Origin: Laetmonice hystrix
Lineage: Eukaryota
Direction: 5' to 3'
Assembly: GCA_965235115.1 (NCBI GenBank)
Contig: OZ249436.1
Coordinates: 24,120,001-24,184,000 of the forward strand
Length of the DNA: 64,000 bases
Shown piece after piece: positions 26,171-40,100 of this stretch (its first letter is position 1; every line of letters starts with the position of its first letter). Made by a program: the position numbers and the translations under genes. Below the pieces are notes generated by a model, which had not been told where the DNA came from, ran no database searches, and was given only the letters and a program-made list of their open reading frames with translations.

Positions 26171-28640
26171 TAACATAGACAACTTTTTTTACACTAGTTA
26201 GTATTGGATAAGTGTGACCTATAAATGGACCTTTGGGCCCATGGGGGGTCTTCAGACCCCCCTCCCCAGCCAGCCCCCCCCCCCCTGGTTACAGGCCTGA
26301 GTAATAGTTCTAGAGGAAAAGAATGAGGGGCGGGGTCACCCATCAATTTTAAAGGTTACAGCCTGGTAAACATTCAGCGCCTTGCTGAACATGGTAATGT
26401 GGTAACAACGCGCAGCACTGGGTAGCACTTTGCACACTCCCAGTTTCCCTTTAAAAGATGCGTGGTCAGAAGTTGCAGTATAATAATGACCAGTTCTGTC
26501 AAACTTGTCAAGGCCACGATTTTTGTCATGCACCACTCTGCCCACTTTTGTCACACCGAACATTTCCCCCTAAAAACCCTCATTTCTGCCGAAACCTGCA
26601 GGCAGCAGGGCATCATTTTCTATGGTTCCAATGATTTCTAAATGGTATTGTTCACACTGCTTCAACAGAGTGAAGTTGAAGAATGTGCTTCAACAATCTC
26701 TGCCAAAATGATCTCTGCGGCATGTTCCAAAGGTCCAAAAATTAACATCTTTCTGATTCTGTGTGCATTGGTGCTAAAGCTGTCGCAGGCTTTTTCTTTT
26801 AATCAAAATTTATTATGGCTATGATTTAAGTCAAAAACTGTTTTCTTATACTCTAAGAAGTTTCTATTTTCTGATTATGTTTACACTCAGAAACGGCAAA
26901 AGAAGGGACCAAGTCAGTTCCGTCCTGGCCACACTGATATGAAACTACAGATTTAAATTCAAACATTCTTGCATAAATAAACATGACAGCACATGAATGT
27001 AGTCTAATATAACATTGTGTAACCATAGACTAAATGTAAACAGCTATGAAGCATGCAATATACTATCTGTAATATTCGTCAATTAGATAAATTTACTCTT
27101 TTGCAACTTTCATTGTTCAAAACACTAAACTGGTCAAACCCTAGTCAGCAGCGAAGTGAACTTCTGACTATGGATATCATCTGACTATGGGGTCAAACTA
27201 TGTCACATGTGGAGGGAAATAGCAGATGCACGTTATGTCCTTTAAGAATTTACAGGCGCAGTTCGAGATGAATTTTGCTGAATTTATATTCTTTACAATC
27301 TCTGTGTCTGCTACCATCCTATCCTACTCAAGTTGTGGCACAACTTCATGGGTGGGGTATCTAAACTACCGAGTATATCCTCGATTGCTGTTCCTGGTTA
27401 CAACTGATGTAACTGTTATGAAAGGCCCGGTCGGAGTGACAGCCCCCAAAAGAGTTAGAGAAATGCAGCCTGGAACAACATTCATATTAATCATACCACG
27501 TGACAATGCATTGGCCAATGACAACACAGCGAACAAGACAACACAAGAAAATTTTGTTCTGTTCATTTTACGCTCAAAATGCAGCTATTCAGCCCGTATT
27601 TATGGTAGGTGGCTATTATGATAACAACATCAAGCTGACAATACAATGCCGCGATAAGCACTGGCACTACATCTTCTAGAAAAATGATGGTAGAAAACTG
27701 AGTAAAGCTGAGGTGGCGACATGAGCTAAGCAGGCACTTTCAACAGGTCAAAATGCTGAGTGGTAGAAGCTAGAAGTATGGACAGAAAAAAAGAGTCAAA
27801 AGTTTGAGTTACTCACTGTGGCAATGAATCCCTACAAACACAAGCACAACATAAGTATTATTCGATGACTGAAACCTTCCTTCCTTTAAATGGGTGAACT
27901 GGCTGTTGGTTCAGTTACTGTCCTCTAGCTGTTGATAGCATATAGCCGGTCTGAATAAGTTCATATTCGAAATTTCCAAAACCCATCATGGCGTTTTAAT
28001 CAGGCAAGGGTCCTGTCTAAAAGTGACCCTTCATTTGACCTTTGACCTTAGGGACAACTGGCTCCTGGGTCAGAATCCAGTTGAATCGTTACTTCTTCCC
28101 CATTTTTTCGTAAAATTTGACAATATTTGGTATTACTACTCTACAATGAAAAGTTCAAAACATACAAAGAGGGATTAGTGATTTGACCTATATTCACTGA
28201 ACCACGCGACCTTAAAATTTTCAGCAGTGGTCAGTTTAGATATTTATCGTGTTACGTGTTACTAGTTACTATTGAACATGAACAGGAAGTGATCTTTCAT
28301 TTGGCACCATTATTTTGTAGGTCATGTGACCTATGACGTCATAAGGAGGTCACCTATATTTTCCCAGGGCTATAACTTGTAAATGGTTGAAGATAGAGCC
28401 ATAGTTACCATTAAACACTAATAGGAACTCATATATGGTCATTTCCAGGGGGGAAAACCCCCACCTTTCCTTTTTTGGTGTTTTTAGGCTCTGAAACAAT
28501 AAATAATGTACCCAGATACAAAATTCTTTCCATATACGTTGTCCAAGGTGTGCTCTTTTGATATAACTAACAAAACGAATTGTGACCACCATTCACTTGG
28601 AGTAGGATGCTAAGAAAATATCAATGTTGCATTGCATTGA

Positions 28641-29310
28641 AGGGGAATGGGCTTTTGAAATTGTCAATGTTAGTGTACACTATTATTATCCCATTGAAAT
28701 TGTCAGGTTTCGTCTTCCTTATTATCATACAATTTCAAAATCCCATTCCCCCAAGGGGGTGAATGGGATTATGAAATTGTATGGTTTCATCTTCTTTTTA
28801 TTATGCCATCCCCCCGATAGGGGGATGGGATCTTAAAATTGTATGGTTTCGTCTTCCGTATCATTTTTTTTTTTTATCCCATTCACCCTTCCTTGTCTGG
28901 TTCCTTGTCTGGTTTCGTCTTCCCTATTATTATTATCCCATCCCCCGTCAGGGGATGGGATCTTGAAATTGTCTGGTTTTGTCTTCCCTATTATTATTAT
29001 CCCATTTCCCTGACGGGGAAATGGGATTTTGATTTTGTATGGTTTCGTCTACACTATTATTATTATTATCCCATTTCCCTGACGGGGAAATGGGATTTTG
29101 ATTTTGTATGGTTTCGTCTACACTATTATTATCCCATTCCCCTGTACAGGGGAATGGGATTTTGAAGTTGTCGTGTTTGCGTGTACTTTATTATCCCATT
29201 TCCACAGAGTGGAAATGGGATCTTGTTGTATGGTTTCGTGTACACTATTATTATCCCATCCCCTACGGAGGGGATGGGATTTAGAAATTGTGTGGTTTCG
29301 TCTTCTGTAT
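28641..29310 (+). repeat. Array of ~10 stacked hairpin 5' boxes of Helentron-associated (HINE-like) elements
   Basis: Units of ~60-70 bp: atcccatYYcc-loop-ggRRatgggat, a conserved ttgtatggtttcgtct-like segment, then (tat)n. Starts at 28688, 28740, 28803, 28876, 28935, 28999, 29068, 29131, 29193, 29253. Confidence 0.88.
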
Positions 29311-32300
29311 TATTTTTGGCGTCGTAGTTGTAGTAGTAGTAGTAGTAGTAAACTTGTATGTCTATCTCAGTCAATTTTCAAAATATCGAAATGAAATTTG
29401 GCACACATCTTGACAATGACGAAGTATGGTCAGGCATCGAATCCTGACGTCATGTGACGTCACGTCATAACGTGATGACGTCAAACGTATTATGAAAATT
29501 GAAGCCATTTTTAAGCTCATATTGGGAATTTTTTTAAAAACCCGTCATGGCCTCATAATCGGCCATAGGTGCTGCCTCAATTTGAGTCTTGATTTGACCT
29601 TTGACCTTTGACCTTAGGGTGAACTGGGTCATTGGTCACAAATCAGTTAAATTGCTTCTCCTTTTCTATTTTTTGGTAAAATTCGACAATATTCGGCAGA
29701 AACACTCTCTAACGAAAGGTTCACAATACGATTCCAAGGATTAGCGATTTGACCTATTTTTACCGAACCACGTGACTTTGAAGTTTGTCACTTTTGACAT
29801 TTTTTTCTAAAACTGCTTTAGTCATATAGGAATCGTGTATTTGGTCAATAGATATGTGCTGCTATTGACGATTGATCACTTTGCATATTTCTTTTCATAA
29901 ATTTACCAATATCTTTTTTATTTATGATGAAATAATGTAATCTGACGTTGACAGGCTCTACCTTAAACCTGTTTAAGATAGCCATATACAAATACAACAA
30001 TTACAAAGTGTATAGATTCAGGTATACCACTGGCTGTTTAGTTCTTGTTTTGGAAAGGTAATATGGCCAGAATTGTAAGTTTTAATGGGTATAGTCTTCA
30101 TAATAATATTTTTGCCGTCTGACTGTTGGCATCTCTGAATACACAGATCTCCCACTGTGATGCGGCCGCCGGTCCCTGGCCAGGCCGGGAGAGAGTTACG
30201 TAAGTGCTGGTGATAAGGGCCGGCCGGCCGGCCTACTCCCCCTCCCTCCCAGTGAGGGAGGAATATGATTGTGTATTCAGGTTCTATCCCCCATGATAAC
30301 TTTCCACGAAATGTTTGGGCAGGGGTTAGGGTTAATATCAGGGATAGGGGTAGGGTAGGGATATGTTTTGGGGAGGTGTAGGAACTGGGGTTAGGGGTTA
30401 GGGGTTAGGGGTTAGGGATAAGGTCAGGGCCATGAATCTTTCCTTTCCACCAAATTTCGTGGAGTTTAAGTTATCATGGGCGATATACCTGTATTCAGAA
30501 CTGACTTAGCTGTGCCTTTGAACTGTAGGTGTAACTGCCTAATGCATTTGTTTTTGAATCTTATGTAGGAGAGCTGAATAAAACAATACTACTGATTGTT
30601 GGTTGTGGAGTTCAAGTGACACGACAAGCTTTTGGTCAGCTGCACTTGGTTTAGCCTGAGCCAACAGTCTGGTGTGGATGACATTCGCACCTATTGGTAA
30701 AGTTTCATGATGTATGACTACGTGTTGGCTAAATGGCGAGAGATAGAAGTGAACGAACGGTGTGCACAGTAGACAGGTATGCAGTCGTCCTGGCGAGCAG
30801 CACACACAATAGATGCAGCAATCACTTGAGCGGGTCTGCGGAAGGGAGAAGGGGAACGCTCTGTGAGAAATACTTAAGGACTGTTTATAGAAGAGGTACC
30901 TTCTCAGTCATATAACATGCCAGCCATAGGGCGGCAGCTCTCAATCAGAGGAGCCGGTCAGGGGGCGGTCAGTTAATTGGACGTGGGCCACCGGCCAATG
31001 ACCAGTGACCATCCTTTAAACTGGGACTGGGGCCAAAACGGGAACGAGGGGATATATGAGAGCACCAAGAGAGAGAGAGAGAGAGACTAGGGGAGAAGGA
31101 GCAGAGAAAGGACAGAGATATAGATTTGTCTATGAGGAACATATAGACACTGACTGCCTAGTGACATATTGGTCGAAGCGGGACAACCGTGTGCCTCAGG
31201 AATAAAAGCTTCAAAACTCAAGCGACGACTCTACTACCAAGAAGAAATGTTAACAAGGGTGAAGAGAAAATTAGCACTGTAATTAGACACATTGAACTGT
31301 TATGTTATGAGGCTATCATTTTTGTATAATACTAAAATATATAGGAAAGCACTTTTCAGTGCACAAGTCAACTTGCCATGGGCAGATGCGCCCAGAAAAA
31401 AATGAGTGCCGGGCGGTAGTTTTCCGCTAGCAGCGAAGGCGCAAGGTTTTCAGTTGGCAAGGGGTGCAGATGGGGAGATATTTTTTCAGATGATAGGCCT
31501 GATAAAAATTCCTGCCGGGCAGCACTTAAACCATTTTAGTTTTGTGCCAGGCGGCTAAAATCGGTGCCGGGTGGCGCCGCCCGGCGCCGCCCGGCGCCGC
31601 CCGGCGTGGGCACATCCCTCTATACCCCCACTCTTTCTTTTTGAAGAATTGACAAAAAATTATTGTTAGGCTAGCCACGGGTCCAGGATTTTCAGCAGAG
31701 GGGTCTCGGGAAATCTTAAAAAATTAAAAGCTCTTATAAAACGATTTTCCGCCTTTTAGGGCCATTTTAGGGCATTATATTTTGTGGATTCATCACTCAA
31801 CTAGTTGAAAATAGCCGGAATGCTTTGCACCTGTTCGTTCCGTGTTGAAGGGAAAAAGAATCTATGTTCTGGCGGAGAATGGGGTCTACCGACACGCGCC
31901 TTAAATACTTTGAGAAACTTTACATCTATCTCCAGAAATAGCGTTTTTTGACCTTCTAAATTCCAGCAAAGAACCTCGATACCTGGATCTGTGCATGCCT
32001 GCGGGAGGAGCATGACGTTATGATGTTATCATTATTTCTTCAGCCTATAACTTGTAAACGGTGCAAGATGGAGCCATGGTTACTATTGAACAGGAATAGG
32101 AAGTCATATACATTGTATGCTCTTTCAATTGACACCAAGATTTATGATGTAATGTATCATTATTATGTCATAATGATGCCATTGACATCTTCGAAGGTTT
32201 CTAAATCCTAAACCATTCAAGATAGAGCAATGGTTACCATTTAACCCTAATAGGAAGTCATATATGATCTTTCACTTGACATTTTTTTAGGTATTTTTCT

Positions 32301-32574
32301 CAGGGCTATAACTTGTAAATGGTAGAAGTTAGAGCTATAGTTACTATTAAACAGTAATAGGAAGTCATATAGCCTACATGCTCTTTCATTTGAGACCAAG
32401 ATTCATTACATAGTATGACGTGTCACCTCATAATTACGTCATTGGCATCTTCTAAAGCTTATAGGTCATTAACTGTGCAAGATCGAGCCATAGTTTACCC
32501 TACTCAGAACATGTCATATATCACGTGACTCCCCGGGGATGGGATCAATTGTGGTATCGCCACAACGTGTCTAG
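29253..32574 (+). mobile_element. HINE-like element A (innermost of the nest)
   Basis: 5' box atcccatcccc; (tag)n; 3' subTIR ggggatgggat 32535-32545, hairpin ttgtgg/ccacaa, ctag end. Confidence 0.8.
30278..30491. mobile_element. Small MITE with internal (ttaggg)-like repeats
   Basis: cagg...cctg ends with longer imperfect IRs (ccatgataac / gttatcatgg); TSD tatt; empty-site versions tgtgtattcagaa at ~45380 and (reverse) ~23430. Confidence 0.8.
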
Positions 32575-32575
32575 T

Positions 32576-34418
32576 TATTATTCTTCCTGTAGTAAGACAA
32601 GGCTGGCCATTCGCTCAGTTTTTAAAGTATCTGAATCGAACTTGGACAGAAGGTTCACCTAGGCAAGGACACCTGGCACCCAGATGCATTACGTCATAGG
32701 ACGTAATTTGGACGTTTTATGACGTAATATTGGCGTTTTTCAGCTAAATTTTGAAGTCGTTTTTCATAGTGCTCTGAGAAGATACTCAAGAAGCGTTAAT
32801 GCCATCTGATGAACATTAAGTCCACTAATAATTTTCTAGGTGAAGTTGACCTGTGACCTTTGCCCTTAGTCGAAATTAGGTCAGAGGTCGGAAAACGCTT
32901 AAAACGTATCTTCTCCCTCAATTTTCAATAAAATTTCACCAAATTGGGCAGAGAGGCTCCTGATAGGAGGGTGCTTAAAAGTTTGGCTGGATTTTTTGAT
33001 TTGACCTAGTTTCACCCTGTCACGTGACTTTAAACATGTGCATATGTTATGTTTGCATAGAGAATATACAATTTTGTATCTATGCAATATCTAAGCAATA
33101 TCTAAGCATATTTTAGACAGGTTTGTTAGCCTGTCATACATAAAACATGTTTCAATTATTTTTTTTTCAGAATTGACCCTGTGACCTTTGACCTTTGGCA
33201 AAATTAGTTGCAATATATGGAATCGCCTGTAACTTGAAAACAAGGCAAAATAAGCCAATAGTTGCTATTAATCAAGTATAGGAAGTCATATATTGCCTTT
33301 CATTTGGCGCCATTTGTACTTCGCTACAGTGACCTTGAAAGGTCAAATCTATGACCTGCATAATTATATTCAATGCTCTGTATCTTGGAAACCGTGCACA
33401 ATAGGCCCATAGTTACTATTAAACATAGATAGGAAGTCATATATGGCCTTTCATTTGGCGCCATTTGTACTTCGCTACAGTGACCTTGAAAGGTCAAATC
33501 CATGACCTACATATATTCAATGCTCTGTATCTTTGAAACCGTGCACAATAGGCCCATAGTTACTATTAAACATGGATAGGAAGTCATATATGGCCTTTCA
33601 TTTGGCGCCATTTTTATTTCTCTGGAGTGACCTTGAAAGGTCAAATTGGTCACCTGCCAATATTCAGAGCTCTGTATCTTGGAAACCGTGCATGCTAGGT
33701 CCATGATTACTGTTAATCATGGATAGGAAGTCATATATGGGCTTTCAATTAGCGCCATCTTTTTTTCTCTGGAGTGACCTTGAAAGGTCAAATTGGTGAC
33801 CTGCCAATATTCAGAGCTCTGTATCTTGGAAACCGTGCATGTTAGGCCCGTGGTTACTGTTAATCATATATAGGAAGTCATATATGGGCTTTCAGTTAGC
33901 GCCATCTTTTTTTCTCTGGAGTGACCTTGAAAGGTCAAATTGGTGACCTGCCAATATTCAGAGCTCTGTATCTTGGAAACCGTGCATGTTAGGCCCGTGG
34001 TTACTGTTAATCATATATAGGAAGTCATATATGGGCTTTCAGTTAGCGCCATCTTTTTTTCTCTGGAGTGACCTTGAAAGGTCAAATTGGTGACCTGCCA
34101 ACATTCAGAGCTCTGTATCTTGGAAACCGTGCAAGCTAGGTCCATGATTACTGTTAATCATGGATAGGAAGTCATATATGGCCTTTCATTCGGCGCCATC
34201 TTTATTTCAATACAGTGACCTTGAAAGGTCAAATCTATGTTCCGCCAATATTCAGATTTTGTATCTTGGAAACGATGGATGATAAGCACATAGGTACTAT
34301 TAAACATGCATAGGAATTAAGTTGAGATGTTTTTTCTTCAATGTCACCTGCCTTTGTTCTTGCCCTCCTATGATACAGGAAATGGGATTTGGTGTTGCCC
34401 AGCAACCCATCGCTCTAG
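32576..34418 (+). mobile_element. Body and 3' end of HINE-like element B (5' box at 29193)
   Basis: 3' subTIR ggaaatgggat 34378-34388, hairpin gttgc/gcaac, ctag end. Confidence 0.78.
33230..34320 (+). repeat. 147-bp tandem repeat, ~7 copies, inside element B
   Basis: gtgaccttgaaaggtcaaa recurs at 33329, 33480, 33627, 33774, 33921, 34068, 34215. Confidence 0.95.
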
Positions 34419-34420
34419 TT

Positions 34421-35546
34421 ATCCCATCCCCCCGATAGGGGGATGGGATCTTAAAATTGTATGGTTTCGTCTTCCGTATTATTCCCGTAGTAGTAGTAGT
34501 AGTAGTTGTAGTAGTTGCTTTTGTGCATACAGCTCAGTCATTGATAAAGATATCCAAATGAAACTTGGCAGGGACATTCACCATGGTAGAGAGAATCGAC
34601 CTCTATAGTTATTACGTCATACGACGTCACGTCATGACGTCATGACGTATTTTGCATTTTAAACTGATAGGCATTTCTTGAAGTCATAATCCATAGTTTC
34701 CCAAAACTTTTCATTGCCTAATAATCGGGCATAGACCCTTTTCACTAATCTTCATTATTTTGACCTTTGACCTTTGACGTCATGGAAAAGTAGGTCATAT
34801 GTCCTAAAGTGGTCAAATTCCTACTCCTGTGCCATTTTTTGAGAAAATATAATACTTTTTGGTGGACAGGTCTTCTGTAGTGAGCTTTATTTGCTCGAGT
34901 CGGGAATAAGCAATTTGACCTATTTTCGCTGTACCACGTGACTTTGAAGTTTGTCACTTTTGACATTTCTTTCTAAAACCATTTCAGTCATTTAGGAATC
35001 GTCTATTTGGTCATTAGATATGTGCTGCTATTGACGATTGATCACTGTGCATAATTCTTTTCATAAATTTACCAATAATTTTTAATTTATGATAAAATAT
35101 ATCTTATCTGACTTTGCAGGCTCTACCTTAAAACTTGTTTAAGATAGCCACATACAAATAGAACAATTACAAAGTGGCAGAGGGGTCTCGGAAATCGAAA
35201 TGAAAATGAAAATTGATGTTGATAGATCACTAATATTATTGAAACAGCTGTAACTCGGAAAGGGGGCCAGGTAGAGCTATGGTTACTATTGAAGCCATAA
35301 TAGGAATATGTTCTTTCAAAAGATACCAAAATCTATGATGTATAGGGTGACGTGTTACATGACAATGACGTCATTGATAGATGACCAATAATAATTATTG
35401 AGGTCATATAGGAAGTAATAATATATGCTCTTTCGATCTACGGGCCTATCGATGACGTGGAGGTAGTCTAACATGATAATGGATCTATGATTTTCATTGC
35501 CAGGGGATGGGATACAAGATGTTGGCCCAAGCCACATCGGCGCTAG
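34421..35546 (+). mobile_element. Complete, uninterrupted HINE-like element (1.1 kb)
   Basis: 5' box atcccatccccccgatagggggatgggat, (tag)n microsatellite, 3' ggggatgggat + hairpin + ctag, flanked by TT. Confidence 0.85.
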
Positions 35547-35547
35547 T

Positions 35548-37143
35548 TATTATTATTATTATTATTGTGGTTGTAAGACAAGGGTCATATCTCAACAAGT
35601 TTTCAGAATATCTCAATGAAACTTGGCCGAACCATAGTTCATGGGCCTAAGAGCTCATATTATTTTGCGTTAAGTCATATGACATACCGTCATGATGTTA
35701 TGACGTCATAAAGACGTTTTTTAAGGGCATGGAAGCTACCTCATCTTCGAGTACCAAGATCATCTAGCCAAAAGTCATTCAAAGCAGAGCCTTACCACTT
35801 AGGGGGCAATAATTTTCTTCATCAGTTTGACCTCTGTCCTATGACCTGTCTGACTTGAAGGTCAAAACATAGATAACAGTCAAAATGTTTCTCCTCTTTC
35901 ATTTTTCGCAGACTCTTCTCTAGCTTTGGTTTATACCTTCTCCATATTGGGGCTGATCGACTGATGCCAAAATTTTTAAAATGTGACGTCATATGACCCA
36001 GTCACCTGACATCAAAATTTGGTTCTTTGGCCGGTGTACCAGAATTAAGTCATAGCTCAACCAGTTTTCGACCGATCCCAATGAAACTTCGTGTGCTTTA
36101 ACAGGGTGGGATGCAGAGCCAAATTTATGCAAATTTATTTCAATGACGTAACAGTGACGTCATCTACCTAATTAAAATAGGACTTCAGTAGTTAAACAGA
36201 TATGATCCTCGATAGCTCAGTGGGTAATACACCCGACATAAAGGCTGAAGATCATGGGTTCAATTCCCACCAAGGGCAGATTTTTTTTTTTCGTTTTTCT
36301 TGTAACAAAGGCTGAAGATCATGGGTTCAATTCCCACCAAGGACAGATTTTTTTTTTCGTTTTTCTTGTCAGACAGTACAGCTCATCTCTTTAAATGCTT
36401 AGGAGGCCTAGGCAGGGGAAATGTTGTCATGGTTTTTTTTTCTTTATTAATTTTTGATATAGAATTGGAGTACTGAGACAGTAGCGGTTTCTAACTCATT
36501 TTTCGAGTTATCTGGATGAAACTTGCAGTAAAAATTGACCACAGGAGGAATTCCTCGACTTATATAATAATACATCATGTGACACCATGACGTCATGAAT
36601 ACATTATGAATAGTGCAACCTGGTACTGCACCAGGAAAAGCTATCCAGAATTCTTTTATGCCATCTTCGTGCCCCTTAGGGGTCTCTAAATGTTAAAATT
36701 CATTTGACCTCTGACCTATGCCATTTGTCAGGTACAGATCACAGGGTTGGAAACAGTCAAAACATTATTTATGTGGAAATGTTTTGACAAAATTGCTCAC
36801 AAAATTAAAACCATTTTTTCTCTGGGGTTATGTGAAAACCAAGGTGTACACCAGTCCCCCAGGAACACTTGATGAACTTCGCAGTCCCATAATCATAGCT
36901 TTTCAAGAAATTCTGCATGATATGGTAACCAGAGCAATCGAAAGTATGTGACGCCGAGCAGTGATCTGTGGAGGCAACCATGGATTCCATGTTGAAGAAC
37001 TCTTTATGGAGGATTAAATCCAGCAAAAATTACCCTTTGCATGCAAGAAATGCAATAAATGTTTTGTTTTAATTCTTCACCATCATGGAATTAACCATTA
37101 ACAGGGAATGGGATCCATTGTTGCCTGCAACAAGCCTGACTAG
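35548..37143 (+). mobile_element. Body and 3' end of HINE-like element C (5' box at 29131)
   Basis: 3' subTIR gggaatgggat 37104-37114, hairpin ttgttgc/gcaacaa, ctag end. Confidence 0.78.
36811..37000 (+). pseudogene. Tc1/mariner-type transposase C-terminal fragment inside element C
   Basis: FFLWGYVKTKVYTSPPGTLDELR..I..AFQEI...MVTRAIESM*RRAVIC...GFHVE matches the segment that follows the SPDL motif in Tc1/mariner transposases. Confidence 0.8.
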
Positions 37144-37145
37144 TT

Positions 37146-40100
37146 ATCCCATTTCCCTGACGGGGAAATGGGATTTTGATTTTGTATGGTTTCGTCTACA
37201 CTATTATTATCCCATTTCCCTGACAGGGAAATGGGATTTTGATTTTGTATGGTTTCGTCTACACTATTATTATTATCCCATTTCCCTGACGGGGAAATGG
37301 GATTTTGATTTTGTATGGTTTCGTCTACACTATTATTATTATTATTCCTGTTGTAAGACAAAGTGTATATCTCGGTCACTTTTTAAGATAGCAGGTTGAA
37401 ACTTGCAGGGAGGGTTCATCATGGGATGAAGATCTGTGCATATGAAGCAGGACTTCATGCGACGTCATGTCTTGGTTTTATGACGTCTCAAACACGTCAC
37501 ATGGAGCATCAATTTATCAACTCCCAACACAAAACTACTGTTACTTGGGGAAATATTGGTTATAGATCCTCTTCGTGGATGGTTCTCTAAGATACTTGTT
37601 CCATAACTTGACCTTCGATCATTACCCTTTCTGAGATTCGGGTCAAAGGTCACAATATGGTTAAATCCTTACTACTCTCTCATTTTTATGAAAATCTTGA
37701 CCAAACCACTTCTGGATGTTCCTAGTGGATAGCTTAAAATTGTGGGGCCGTTGTTTAGCGATCGGACCTTTTTTCACTGAATCACGTGACATCAAAGTTT
37801 GATTTTTTGGTCAGTTTACCAGAAATCGGTCATATCTCTGGCAGTTTTTAACAGATCTTAATGAAACTTGGTAGGCTTAAAGAGGATGGGATGCTGAGCT
37901 AGATTTATGCAAACTTTTTTCTGTGACGCCACTCTTTTGTGTCATGAAGTCATCCACTTAATTCAAATAGGACCCAGGTACCTCTATACCCGTGAGTCTC
38001 AATAGCTGAGTGGGTAGCATGCCCGACTTAAAGGCTGGAGATCATCGGTTCGAATCCCACCAAGTACAAAAACTTTTTTCTCATTTTTCACACTCTGAAA
38101 ACCAAAGCACCACCAGGCAGCATATGAGGCCTTGTCACAGTCATAGTTATGAAATGTTTTGACATACATGGTTCTCAAAGATAAAGTTTACCAGAAATCG
38201 GTCATATCTCTGGCAGTTTTTAACAGATCTTAACGAAACTTAAGAGGATGGGATGCTGAGCTAGATTTATGCAAACTTTTTTCTGTGACGTCACTCTTTT
38301 GTGTCATGACGTCATCCACCTATTTCAAATAGGACCTAGGTACCTCTACAAGCGTGAGTCTCAATAGCTGAGTTGGTAGCATGCCCGACCTAAAGGCCGG
38401 AGATCATGGGTTCGAATCCCACCAAATACGGAATTTTTTTTTCTCATTTTTCAGACTCTGAATACCAAAACACCAGCAGGCAGGATATGAGGCCTTGTCA
38501 AAATCATAGTTATGACATATTTTGAAATACATGGTTTTCAGAGATAATTTTCCCATAACTTAACCTCTGTTAATTACCCTTTCTGAGATTTGGGACAAAG
38601 GTTCCAGGACTGACAGTGACAGTAAAACCAAGATGGCAGAGTGGTAAGGCTATGGGCCACTTTAGTTACTTGATAGCATACGAATGGCACCTGGCGTTTT
38701 CCTCATGACGTCCGGAGGAAATGGGATTAGTGTATTGCTTGCAATCATGATGTCTAGTTATTATCCCATTTCCCTGACGGGGAAATGGGATTTTGATTTT
38801 GTATGGTTTCGTCTACACTATTATTATTATTATTCCTGTTGTAAGACAAAATGTATATCTCGGTCACTTTTTAAGATATCAGGTTGAAACTTGCACGGAA
38901 GTTCCATCATGGGATGAAGATCTATACATATGAAGCAGGACGTCATGCGACGTCATGTCTTGGTTTTATGACGTCTCCAACACGTCACATGGAGCATCAC
39001 TTCATCAACTCCCAACACAAAACTACTGTTACTTGGGGAAATATTGGTTATAGATCCTCTTCGTGGATGGTTCTCTAAGATACTTGTTCCATAACTTGAC
39101 CTTGGATCATTACCCTTTCTGGGATTCGGGTCAAAGGTCACAATATGGTTAAATCCCTACTACTCTCTCATTTTTTTTAAATTCTTGACCAAACCACTTC
39201 TGGATGTTCCTAATGGATAGCTTAAAATTGTGGGGCCGTCGTTTAGCGATCGGACCTTTTTTCACTGAATCACGTGACATCAAAGTTTGATTCTTTGGTC
39301 AGTTTACCAGAAATCGGTCATATCTCTGGCAGTTTTTAACAGATCTTAATGAAACTTGGTAGGGTTAAAAAGGATGGGATGCTGAGCTAAATTTATGCAA
39401 ATTTTTTTCTGTGACGTCACTCTTTTGTGTCATGACGTCATCCACCTATTTCAAATAGAACCTAGGTACCTCTGCACACGTGAGTCTCAATAGCTGAGTG
39501 GGTAGCATGCCCGACCTAAAGGCTGGAGATCATGGGTTCGAATCCCACCAAGTACAGAAACTTTTTTCTCATTTTTCACACTCTGAAAACCAAAACACCA
39601 CCAGGCACGATATGAGGCCTTGTCACAGTCATAGTTATGAAATGTTTTGACATACATGGTTCTCAAATATAAAGTTTACCAGAAATCGGTCATATCTCTG
39701 GCAGTTTTTAACAGATCTTAATGAAACTTAGTAGGCTTAAAGAGGATGGGATGCTGAGCTAGATTTATGCAAACTTTTTTCTGTTACGTCACTCTTTTGT
39801 GTCATGACGTCATCCACCCATTTCAACTAGGACCTAGGTACTTCTATAGCAATGAGTCTCAATAGCTGAGTGGGTAACATGCCCGAACTAAAGGCTGGAG
39901 ATCATGGGTTCGAATCCCACCAAGTACAGAAACTTTTTTCTCATTTTTCAGACTCTGAATACCAAAACACCACCAGGCAGGATATGAGGCCTTGTCACCC
40001 TCATAGTTATGAAATGTTTTCACATACATGGTTCTCAGAGATAATTTTCCCATAACTTGACCTCTGTCAATTACCCTTTCTGAGATTTGGGACAAAGGTT

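Noticed and set aside
26336..27621. Short ORFs that might be host exons or a transposase remnant
   Set aside because: No motif I recognise and no supportable splice structure; needs a similarity search.
28641..29310. CRISPR-like array of palindromic repeats
   Set aside because: No unique spacers and no cas genes; context is eukaryotic. The units are transposon 5' boxes separated by (tat)n, with matching 3' ends downstream.
30320..30425. Interstitial telomere (ttaggg)
   Set aside because: Few, imperfect copies lying inside a 214-bp MITE with a 4-bp TSD.
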